From Eledone cirrhosa (Eukaryota), in assembly GCA_964016885.1 (NCBI GenBank), contig OZ024746.1, forward strand, positions 69,750,001 to 69,814,000: a stretch of DNA of 64,000 nucleotides. The letters are read 5' to 3'. The notes beneath the pieces were generated by a model that saw only the letters and a list, made by a program, of their open reading frames with translations, did not search any database and had not been told where the DNA came from. A program made the position numbers and the translations under genes. Below are positions 53,482 through 64,000 of this stretch, in pieces (position 1 is the stretch's first letter; each line of letters opens with the position of its first letter).

Positions 53482-53897
53482 CACACCTATGGACCACATG
53501 AGGTTCCCCCTATTTAGCTGCTATTTTTAGCACACCTATGGATCATCATGAGGTTTCCTCTGTTCAGCTGATATTTCTTGCACACCTATGGACCATCATG
53601 ATGTTCCCCCTATTTAGATGCTATTTCTAGCATACCTATGGACCACTATGAGGTTGCCCCTCTTCAGCTGACATAGCTGCTATTTTTAGTACACCTACGG
53701 ACAACCATGAGGGTCCTCCTATTTAGCTGCTATTTCTAACATATCTATGGACCACCATGATGTTTCCCATGTTTAGCTGATGAAGCTGCTACTTCTAGCA
53801 CGCCCATGAACCACAATGAGATTGCCCTATTTAGCTGCTATTTCTAGCACACCTATGGACCACTATGAGGTTTCCCCTATTTAGCTGCCATTTCTAC
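53482..53897. repeat. Diverged ~50-60-bp tandem repeat, ~7-8 copies
   Basis: Recurrent cacacctatggacca..atgagg..ccctatttagctgctatttctag. Confidence 0.85.
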
Positions 53898-53904
53898 TAT
53901 TATT

Positions 53905-54050
53905 TGACGCATAGAGTTACGGCCCTTTCCATTCTGAGTTCAAATCCCGCCGAGGTCAGCTTTGCCTTTCATCCTTACGGGGTCGATAAAATAAAGTACC
54001 AGTAATGTACTGGGTAATTGTTGGCCTTGTGCCAAATGTAGAAACAATTA
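53905..54050 (+). mobile_element. tRNA-SINE family A
   Basis: B-box, core and tail. Confidence 0.88.
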
Positions 54051-54062
54051 TATATATATATA

Positions 54063-54394
54063 TCATCATTTTACGTCCACTTTTCCCTGCTTGCAAGGGT
54101 GGGACGGGAACTGATTTTGGCTTGATTTCTACAGCTGGAGGCCCTTCCTAACACCAACCCCATTTACAGTGAGTGCTGGGTGATTTTTTTTTGGCGTGGC
54201 ACCTACACGACCACTTTGCAGTGGAATGATAGGGACCCCAGTCCCTATCATCTCATTTCTACAGCTGAGTAAACTGGAGCAATGTGAAATAAAGTGTCTT
54301 GCTCAAGGAAACAACACATCACCCGGTCTTAGAATTGAACTCACAACCTTTCGATTGCAAGGCCAATGCTCTAACCACTAAGCCATGTGCCTCC
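54063..54394 (-). mobile_element. Composite SINE: tRNA head, CORE/V-like middle, RTE 5'UTR module, RTE 3' tail
   Basis: Head homologous to 32508-32605; middle to RTE 5'UTR ~8710-8785; tail to RTE 5604-5650. Confidence 0.85.
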
Positions 54395-54584
54395 ATATAT
54401 ATTATATATGTGCCTCAATTATATATATATATCATCATTTAATGTCCATTTTCCACGTTAGCATGGGTAAGAAAGGCAGTCCCTTTGTGAGAGATCAGAT
54501 CACAGGACCTTGATTCGCATACGCGGAACTGATTTTGGCTTGTTTTCTATTGCTGGATCTCCTTCCTAATGCCAACCACATTTA

Positions 54585-57500
54585 CATTGTGTACTGGGTG
54601 CTTATTGTCATGACACACGACCACTTTACATTGTGTACTGGGTGCTTATTGTCATAACACTTACACGACCACTTTACATTGTGTACTGGGTGCTTATTGT
54701 CATGACACTTACACGACCACTTTACATTGTGTACTGGGTGCTTGTCATGACACTTACACGACCACTTTACATTGTGTACTGGGTGCTTATTGTCATGACA
54801 CTTACACGACCACTTTACATTGTGTACTGGGTGCTTATTGTCATAACACTTACACTACCACTTTACATTGTGTACTGGGTGCTTATTGTCATAACACTTA
54901 CACGACCACTTTACATTGTCTACTGGGTGCTTATTGTCATAACACTTACACGACCTCTTTACATTGTGTACTGGGTGCTTATTGTCATAACACTTACACT
55001 ACCACTTTACATTGTGTACTGGGTGCTTATTGTCATAACACTTACACGACCACTTTACATTGTCTACTGGGTGCTTATTGTCATAACACTTACACGACCA
55101 CTTTACATTGTGTACTGGGTGCTTATTGTCATAACACTTACACAACCACTTTACATTGTCTACTGGGTGCTTATTGTCATGACACTTACACGACCACTTT
55201 ACATTGTGTACTGGGTGCTTATTGTCATAACACTTACACGACCACTTTACATTGTGTACTGGGTGCTTATTGTCATAACACTTACACGACCACTTTACAT
55301 TGTCTACTGGGTGCTTATTGTCATAACACTTACACGACCACTTTACATTGTGTACTGGGTGCTTATTGTCATAACACTTACACGACCACTTTACATTGTG
55401 TACTGGGTGCTTATTGTCATAACACTTACACGACCACTTTACATTGTGTACTGGGTGCTTATTGTCATAACACTTACACGACCACTTTACATTGTCTATT
55501 GGGTGCTTATTGTCATGACACTTACACGACCACTTTACATTGTGTACTGGGTGCTTATTGTCATAACACTTACACGACCACTTTACATTGTCTACTGGGT
55601 ACTTATTGTCATGACACTTACACGACCACTTTACATTGTCTACTGGGTACTTATTGTCATAACACTTACACTACCACTTTACATTGTGTACTGGGTGTTT
55701 ATTGTCATAACACTTACACGACCACTTTACATGTGTACTGGGTGCTTATTGTCATGACACTTACACGACCACTTTACATTGTGTACTGGGTGCTTATTGT
55801 CATAACACTTACACTACCACTTTACATTGTGTACTGGGTGCTTATTGTCATAACACTTACACGACCACTTTACATTGTCTACTGGGTGCTTATTGTCATA
55901 ACACTTACACGACCTCTTTACATTGTGTACTGGGTGCTTATTGTCATAACACTTACACTACCACTTTACATTGTGTACTGGGTGCTTATTGTCATAACAC
56001 TTACACGACCACTTTACATTGTGTACTGGGTGCTTATTGTCATAACACTTACACTACCACTTTACATTGTGTACTGGGTGCTTATTGTCATAACACTTAC
56101 ACTACCACTTTACATTGTGTACTGGGTGTTTTTATTGTCATGACACTTACACTACCACTTTACATTGTCTACTGGGTGCTTATTGTCATGACACTTACAC
56201 GACCACTTTACATTGTGTACTGGGTGTTTATTGTCATAACACTTACACGACCACTTTACATTGTGTACTGGGTGCTTATTGTCATAACACTTACACTACC
56301 ACTTTACATTGTGTACTGGGTGCTTATTGTCATAACACTTACACTACCACTTTACATTGTGTACTGGGTGTTTATTGTCATGACACTTACACTACCACTT
56401 TACATTGTCTACTGGGTGCTTATTGTCATAACACTTACACTACCACTTTACATTGTGTACTGGGTGCTTATTGTCATGACACTTACACGACCACTTTACA
56501 TTGTGTACTGGGTGCTTATTGTCATGACACTTACACTACCACTTTACATTGTGTACTGGGTGCTTATTGTCATAACACTTACACGACCACTTTACATTGT
56601 CTACTGGGTGCTTATTGTCATGACACTTACACGACCACTTTACATTGTGTACTGGGTGTTTATTGTCATGACACTTACACTACCACTTTACATTGTCTAC
56701 TGGGTGCTTATTGTCATGACACTTACACTACCACTTTACATTGTGTACTGGGTGTTTATTGTCATGACACTTACACTACCACTTTACATTGTGTACTGGG
56801 TGTTTATTGTCATGACACTTACACTACCACTTTACATTGTGTACTGGGTGCTTATTGTCATGACACTTACACTACCACTTTACATTGTGTACTGGGTGCT
56901 TATTGTCATAACACTTACACGACCACTTTACATTGTGTACTGGGTGCTTATTGTCATGACACTTACACGACCACTTTACATTGTGTACTGGGTGCTTATT
57001 GTCATGACACTTACACTACCACTTTACATTGTGTACTGGGTGCTTATTGTCATGACACTTACACTACCACTTTACATTGTGTACTGGGTGCTTATTGTCA
57101 TGACACTTACACGACCACTTTACATTGTGTACTGGGTGTTTATTGTCATGACACTTACACGACCACTTTACATTGTGTACTGGGTGTTTATTGTCATAAC
57201 ACTTACACGACCACTTTACATTGTGTACTGGGTGCTTATTGTCATAACACTTACACGACCACTTTACATTGTGTACTGGGTGCTTATTGTCATAACACTT
57301 ACACTACCACTTTACATTGTGTACTGGGTGTTTATTGTCATGACACTTACACTACCACTTTACATTGTCTACTGGGTGCTTATTGTCATGACACTTACAC
57401 GACCACTTTACATTGTGTACTGGGTGTTTATTGTCATAACACTTACACGACCACTTTACATTGTGTACTGGGTGCTTATTGTCATAACACTTACACGACC

Positions 57501-57985
57501 ACTTTACATTGTGTACTGGGTGCTTATTGTCATAACACTTACACGACCACTTTACATTGTGTACTGGGTGCTTATTGTCATAACACTTACACTACCACTT
57601 TACATTGTGTACTGGGTGCTTATTGTCATGACACTTACACGACCACTTTACATTGTGTACTGGGTGTTTATTGTCATAACACTTACACGACCACTTTACA
57701 TTGTGTACTGGGTGCTTATTGTCATAACACTTACACTACCACTTTACATTGTGTACTGGGTGCTTATTGTCATAACACTTACACTACCACTTTACATTGT
57801 GTACTGGGTGTTTATTGTCATGACACTTACACGACCACTTTACATTGTGTACTGGGTGTTTATTGTCATGACACTTACACGACCACTTTACAGTCTGGAC
57901 TGGGTGATTTCTTGTGACACCTACACGACCACTTTACAAAGTGGACTGGGTGCTTTTGTCGTGACACCTACATGACCACTTTTTA
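54585..57985. repeat. 48-bp satellite, ~70 copies, in a POR intron
   Basis: Unit acattgtgtactgggtgcttattgtcataacacttacacgaccacttt; contiguous with SINE 3' module at ~54432-54590. Confidence 0.97.
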
Positions 57986-58034
57986 GTGAAAGCTGGGCAC
58001 TTAATATCGAGGCTGCAGTGGACAACTTTATGGC

Positions 58035-58192
58035 GAGGGTTGGGGACTTGGATGGGATGGGGGTAGGTGAGGGTTGGGGACTCGGATGGGATGGGGGTAG
58101 GTGAGGGTTGAGGACTCGGATGGGATGTGGGTAGGTGAGGGTTGGGGACTTGGATGGGAGTAGGTGAGGGTTGAAGATTTGGATGGGGGAGG
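58035..58192 (+). repeat. G-rich ~34-bp tandem repeat, ~4 copies
   Basis: gagggttggggact.ggatgggatgggggtaggt units with multiple G3+ runs. Confidence 0.8.
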
Positions 58193-58321
58193 AAGCCTGG
58201 GAACATATATATATATATATAAAGGTCATTGATAAGGTCTCAGGCTAACAAAAGGATTTTGACTATAAAATTAGTTGATTAACCAACTGATTGGTAGATT
58301 AATTACTTGATTAACAATATT

Positions 58322-59303
58322 AATAATTGTGTCTACTTTTGGCATAAGGCCAGTAATTATCCCAGTGCATTACTGGTACTTTATTTTATTGACCCTGTAA
58401 GGATGAAAGGCAAAGTAAACCTCAGCTGGATTTGAACTCAGACCATAAAGGGCCGTAATTCTATGCTACAAACCATAGCGTCTGACCCTCTACTGATACT
58501 GCCAATCTTTCACCAATATTATAATATATAGATGGCTCTTTCTTGCACATGTATGTATATATGTATGTATATATATATATATATTATATAAAGTTGATTT
58601 ATTCATTTTCTTACAACGTAGCTACAATGTTTTAGTATAATTGTTTCTATTTTTGGCACAAGGCCAGCAATTACCCAGTGCATGACTGGTACTTTATTTT
58701 ATCGACCCCCGTAAGGATGAAAGGCAAAGTTAACCTCGACGGGATTTGAACACAGAATGGCAAGGGCCGTAACTCTATGCGTCAAAGCATGGCCACCGAC
58801 CCTCTACCGACCCTCTGCCGATACTGCCAGGTGTTGTTGATTCAGTGTATGTATATTGGTAATGATAGGTGGGGTAGGGATGAGAGAGAGATGATGAATA
58901 AGTGGGAGAGAATAGTGATAAGTATCAGTGAGGTAATGGGAGCAGATGATACAGTCAATGAGGGGAATAGTAATGATGGCAATAATGTTGATGAAGATAC
59001 TGAAGATGTTGACGATGACAAAGATGATGTTGATGATGACAATGATGGTGACATGGATGGTGATGATAACAATAATGGTGATGATGACAATGACAACAGT
59101 TAAGTTAATAATAATTGTTTCTACGTTAGGCACAAGGCCAGCAATTACCCCAGTACATTACTGGTACTTTATTTTATCGACCCCCGTAAGGATGAAAGGC
59201 AAAGTCAACCTCGGCGGGATTTGAACTCGGATCGTAAAGGGACGTAACTATGCTGGAAAGCAAGGCGTCCGACCCTCTACCGATACTGCCAATCCACCGC
59301 CCT
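58322..59303 (-). mobile_element. Three tRNA-SINE family A copies (~58322-58510, ~58638-58828, ~59108-59303)
   Basis: Each has tail, core, B-box and head on minus. Confidence 0.9.
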
Positions 59304-59448
59304 TAAGTTAAGGTAATAATAATGATGTTGATGCTGGTGACAAAATATGACAATGATGACAATGCTGGTGTTGATGATGATGATGGTATTGATAGACAAT
59401 TCATAACTTCGATTTCACATTCAATCTACTTTTATTCTCTACTACTAG

Positions 59449-59577
59449 GGAAAGAATGTTGTGGTATTTTATGGTTCCCAGACTGGCACTGCTGAGGAGT
59501 TTTCTGGCTGTTTAGCCAAGGATGCACTCCGTTATGGTATGAAAGGAATGGTAATGGATCCAGAAGAGTGCAATATG
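59449..59577 (+). CDS. POR: POR coding exon 3 (FMN phosphate-binding loop)
   Basis: ctag|GKNVVVFYGSQTGTAEEFSGCLAKDALRYGMKGMVMDPEECNM|gtaag; 129 nt. Confidence 0.97.
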
Positions 59578-59644
59578 GTAAGTTTTCTTCTTATAGCATT
59601 AGCTGTTTTTTTGTCGTTGAAATCTAAAATGAGGTTATCTCTCT

Positions 59645-59706
<62 letters not shown>

Positions 59707-59859
59707 ACATTTTAAACATATATTGTATCCTATAAACATTACCAAGGATTTGTTTTTTGAAGCATATTAATTACTCATACTATCTCTTCCACAATATTGT
59801 TTTACTGGTTTTAATCAGTAAACTGCAGCCATGCTGGAGCACTGCCTTAATGTATGATA

Positions 59860-60610
59860 ATTAGGTTGGACAGAAAGTCTTTGCTGTTTTTCAAATTTTT
59901 TATTGACTTTGGTGTTTTTTAACTTTAGGAAAATTTTACAAGTCTAAATTATTGCCATTGTTTGAATTACCACCTACTGTCGATTAGGAAGGCACATGAT
60001 TCCATCCCAGTAGAATTATTCTGGCTTCAATGAAAAGAATTCTGTCAGCCACTGATTTAACTGGTTTTCATTGTTGAAGGTCTTTGACTACATTGCATTG
60101 CTCATTAAGAGAAAAAGGTGATAATTTGTAGGTGTGATGTCAAATGAATACAGCAAGGTAGAACCTCCCAACCTAACTCCAGTAATTCTCACAGGTCATC
60201 CTTGATGTATGCAACCAAGCATTATCATGAAGGAATCAAACAGGATCTTTGTGTTGGCGTACCTGTGCAATTTTCACCGCTAATCTGTCAAGTTGTTGGC
60301 AAGTGATGTAGTCATTATTGTTTCTGTGTGATATTGTAGTCATTGTTTCTCAGTGTGTGATATTGTAGTCATTGTTTTTTTTTCAGTGTGTAATATTTTT
60401 GCGATGGTTTGAGTGTGATAAAGTTCAATATTTAACTCTTAACGTCCTGTACCACATGAAACCACATTAGCAAGTCATTCTTGAAAAGTACGAAACAACA
60501 CTATGACTGCATCACATTTACAAGTAGCCTTTACTTTAATACTGCAAATTCCCACAACAATCTGTCCACTAGTAAAGATACTAACAACATTTGAATTAAC
60601 AAACATGCTT
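59860..60610 (-). mobile_element. Decayed mariner relic
   Basis: ttaggttggacagaaag TIR-like end; minus strand EFFSLKPE..FYWDGIMCLPNR resembles the mariner C-terminus. Confidence 0.6.
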
Positions 60611-60747
60611 TTGATATTTTCTTTTAAATCATTACAGGATGTTAAGATTTAATGTAGTAAGATGGGTTTTGAAAGTGTCAGCATTGTTTCTATGTGGGTA
60701 AAATCATATTGTGTAAATTTATCATCTAATATATATTTCTTTAATAG

Positions 60748-60897
60748 GAAGAGTTAAGTAATCTTAACGAAATTGAGAATTCCCTTGCTATATTTTGTAT
60801 GGCAACATATGGTGAAGGGGATCCTACAGATAATGCTCAAGAGTTTTACAACTTGCTGCAACAAGATGAAATTGAACTGAATGGTCTTCGTTATGCA
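60748..60897 (+). CDS. POR: POR coding exon 4
   Basis: atag|EELSNLNEIENSLAIFCMATYGEGDPTDNAQEFYNLLQQDEIELNGLRYA|gtaag; 150 nt. Confidence 0.97.
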
Positions 60898-61461
60898 GTA
60901 AGTAACAAAAAAAAATTTGATTTGATAATATTAATTTTCATCATCATCATCATGCTTCTAAGGGTGGATTGGGTTGTTATTGTCCAAGTCAGTTCTTATT
61001 CAGAGTTACTGACCTCTTAGACAACCCAGAAGACCATGTGTCACTTATATGTTCTGTATTTGGCATGGCTTCTACAGCTGGAAGCCATTCCTATCACCAG
61101 TAAGATTACAATCTTACTGGGTGCATTTTATCATAGTACTAACACTTGAGAGGTTGTCATGTGCTCAGCAGGAGTATAGGGTCTCTTTACTCTATGTTGT
61201 CATGACACCAACACTAGAGAGGTTGTCAAATTTGTTTTTAAAATGTTTATATTTATTTTAAAAGCTTCTGTCATAATTTTATATAACAACCTTTTTGTTC
61301 CAAACACAAGCTTAATAATAAGAAAGTGAGTTATATTACTAAAGCCCTCCAAATTTTTGATTATTTTCAAAATTATCTTAATATCATAGACAGTATCTTT
61401 CATTAGAAATTTAGTAATGAAAGGGTTAATAATTGATATTTTTATTTCCATTTTCCTTCAG

Positions 61462-61586
61462 GTGTTTGGTCTTGGAAACAAAACCTATGAGCATTATAAT
61501 GCCATGGCTGTCTATGTAGATAAACGGTTAGAGGAGTTTGGAGCCACGCGGATCTTTGAACTTGGACTTGGAGATGATGATGCTAA
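61462..61586 (+). CDS. POR: POR coding exon 5 (absent from ORF track)
   Basis: tcag|[41 protein letters not shown](N)|gtaaat; 125 nt. Confidence 0.97.
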
Positions 61587-62881
61587 GTAAATGAAGGCTA
61601 AAATTGATTTTTATGTTGTTGTGTTGTTGTTGTTTAGCCACAGGCCATCCTCTGTCAAGTAGACATATACTTAAAAGGCATTCCAGCTGTAACTATCCTG
61701 TTTTTTTCTGAAGTACTGTACAATATGAATACATTCTGTTAGTATACCTATTCTAAACCTAATACAATGTCCTTGCTTGTCATAAGAGGTGCCAGGAAAG
61801 GTATCTAGCTGTAAAACATTGCCTTAAGAAAGAATCCCAAAATGAGTGTGAAGAATATCAAGGGAACTTATAAGGTTAACCCCTTCTTTAGCAGGATAAA
61901 TGGCCTTAAAATACAAGAGCTGCTTTCTTTCATTTCTTAAGACAGTATGGAATGATTTGAGAGAGATTTGGCTGGTATTTCTAGCAAGGTAAATGGTTGT
62001 CTAGACATTCCCTCATTGCTTAGGTAAGTGTGGATTTGGTTGATGTAACATGGTATATTGCCATTAGTGAGGGTACTTCAATCACATCAAGGATGTGACA
62101 ACATCTCTAGTGCTGGTACCATGATAAAATGTACTCAGTACATTCTGGAAAGGGGTTGGCATTAAAATGAGCATCTAGCCATAGAGACCATACCAAAAAT
62201 GAAATGTATTGAGTAAGATGTGGTACTCTGACCTGTCTAAGAGGTTAGTAATTTTATTTAAACACTGACTTGATCCATAACACCCCCATTCAATTCATAC
62301 CAGCATGGAAAATCATACCTTGAAATGATGATGATGATTTAAATCCTTACAGATAAGCTTTTTTTCTAATATAATATTTCAGGGAGATTGTGTGTCACAG
62401 GTTTGTCATCATTGCTCCATGTGGTAGGGTTACATGCTAGAAATAACAGCCAAATCTCCCTGAACTCACACTTTACTGAAAAGACAAAATGTAGTTTTGA
62501 GAATTAACATTGTAAATAAACACTTCAGTAACACAAAAATAAGACAAAAAGAAAGAAAGATTAAGAAGGGGTGGTGAGGAGGAGTAACTCTACACCCTTG
62601 GCTAGACAGCATATCTCAACTGCACCCTGCATCCAAGATGAGAAAATAGATGCTGCAGAGAACAGCCTGCAATACCCGTTGCATCAGCCATTCCACCTGA
62701 TGATGAATCTTTCTTCAGATTTGATATGTATTAAGATGGTATTGTAGTGGCAGGAATACTTTTGATCAAAGACCATTTCATTCAGAACTGACCATGGGCT
62801 AGCAGCAACTCTTTAATGATTGAATTTAATTTGTGTTTTAATGAAAATATCCTTATTTTATTTTAAATCTATTTATTATAG

Positions 62882-62971
62882 CATTGAAGATGATTTCTCA
62901 TCTTGGAGAGAAAGATTCTGGCCAGCAATTGGTGAATATTTTGGTCTTGAAGCTGTTGAAACTGATATAAG
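62882..62971 (+). CDS. POR: POR coding exon 6
   Basis: atag|c IEDDFSSWRERFWPAIGEYFGLEAVETDI(S)|gtttta; 90 nt. Confidence 0.95.
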
Positions 62972-63658
62972 GTTTTACTTTTATTTCAATCTCTCCTTGG
63001 AAATTTTGTTTGTTTTAACCCTTTCATGGCCATATTTCTAATAAAAGTCACTGTCTATACATTTCAGTTTATATTAAATATTATCAAGTATTTAAAGAAT
63101 AGTAATACAACACATTACGTATTGGTTTAAAATAGGTACACTATATTCCCGTGTGTCAAAAGGGTCTGCTAAAAGAATTGGTGGAAAATAGACCCAATGA
63201 TCAAAATAGAATAAAGTAAGGGTTTGCAAAGCTAACCCCTACATTAACAGGGAAAACAACCTTAAAATGCTTTCTCATAATTACGTTGGTATTTGGAACA
63301 TAGCTTAAAGTTTCTTCTTCTTTGTTTTCTATCAGAAGATAGAATGAGAAATAAAAGATGAAATAGAAAGATAGAGAAGGAGAAGAGGAAGGGAAGGAAA
63401 AAAGTCTTTGAGAAAAAGCATGTGTATTCAGTTAGCCATATATATATGAGTATGTGTGTGTGTGTGTGATTGTGCGTGTGTGTAAATTCAAATGTATTAT
63501 GTGTATGTATGTACACATATGTCTGTGGAGTTATGTATGTATGTAGATATATATATATATATATATATACATGTGTGTATATGTTATACATGTATACATA
63601 TATGTGTGTGTGTGTGTGTGAGATTTCTATATAAAATAAATTTTTTTCTAATGTGCAG

Positions 63659-63760
63659 CTTACGTCAGTACCAATTAACAGTCCATGAAGATCTTTCTGA
63701 AGAAGACCAGTTTTATCAGGGAGAAATGTTTAGACTTGGTTCTTATATCAGTCAGAAGCC
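63659..63760 (+). CDS. POR: POR coding exon 7 (hinge); gene continues beyond the window
   Basis: gcag|c LRQYQLTVHEDLSEEDQFYQGEMFRLGSYISQK(P)|gtgag; 102 nt. Confidence 0.95.
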
Positions 63761-64000
63761 GTGAGTTATTCTGCTCTTTTATACTATCTGTACTTTTATG
63801 TTTTGGAAACAATCATATCTATCATCATCATCATTCTATGCCCTCTTTCCATACTGTTATGTGTTGGATGGGTCTAACACCAAACATGTCAAAGTGACCA
63901 GTCTTGTTATGTTCCATATTTAGCATGGTTTGTACAACTGGTCCCCCCCCCCCCCCCAACACCAACCACCTTACAGAGTGTACTGGGTGAGTTTCCATGA

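Noticed and set aside
54633-57975. ORFs of 214-611 aa with 16-aa periodicity
   Set aside because: Products of a 48-bp SINE-derived satellite open in two frames; intronic to POR
58777-59224. Acidic Asp-rich ORF
   Set aside because: Degenerate (GAT)n tract between SINEs; no splice support
62690-62745. Possible hammerhead (ctgatgat-gaatct..agattt-gata)
   Set aside because: GAAA absent and stem I unconvincing

Overview
AT-rich, microsatellite- and transposon-dense animal genomic DNA; the repeat repertoire (RTE LINEs with (ATG)n tails, tRNA-SINEs, long TA/CA tracts) suggests an octopus/cephalopod (inference). Two host genes lie head-to-head about 46 kb apart. The first is coding exon 1 of CCT6 (TCP-1 zeta; minus strand, 3827-3963), which the ORF track misses. 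The second is seven coding exons of NADPH-cytochrome P450 reductase (POR; plus strand, 50162-63760), continuing past the window end. The rest is decayed mobile DNA (RTE, CR1-like, R4-like, CRE-like and Penelope-like retroelements, SINEs, mariner, hAT, Helitron, piggyBac- and pogo-like MITEs), satellites and a 3.8-kb tandem duplication. The most unusual item is a ~370-bp near-perfect palindrome just upstream of CCT6 with a minimal type I hammerhead ribozyme motif in each arm. Also notable are a 3.3-kb intronic 48-bp satellite that grew out of an RTE-derived SINE, and repeated RTE insertion and fold-back at (TA)n tracts. Repeat boundaries were read by eye and are approximate unless TSDs or splice sites are quoted.
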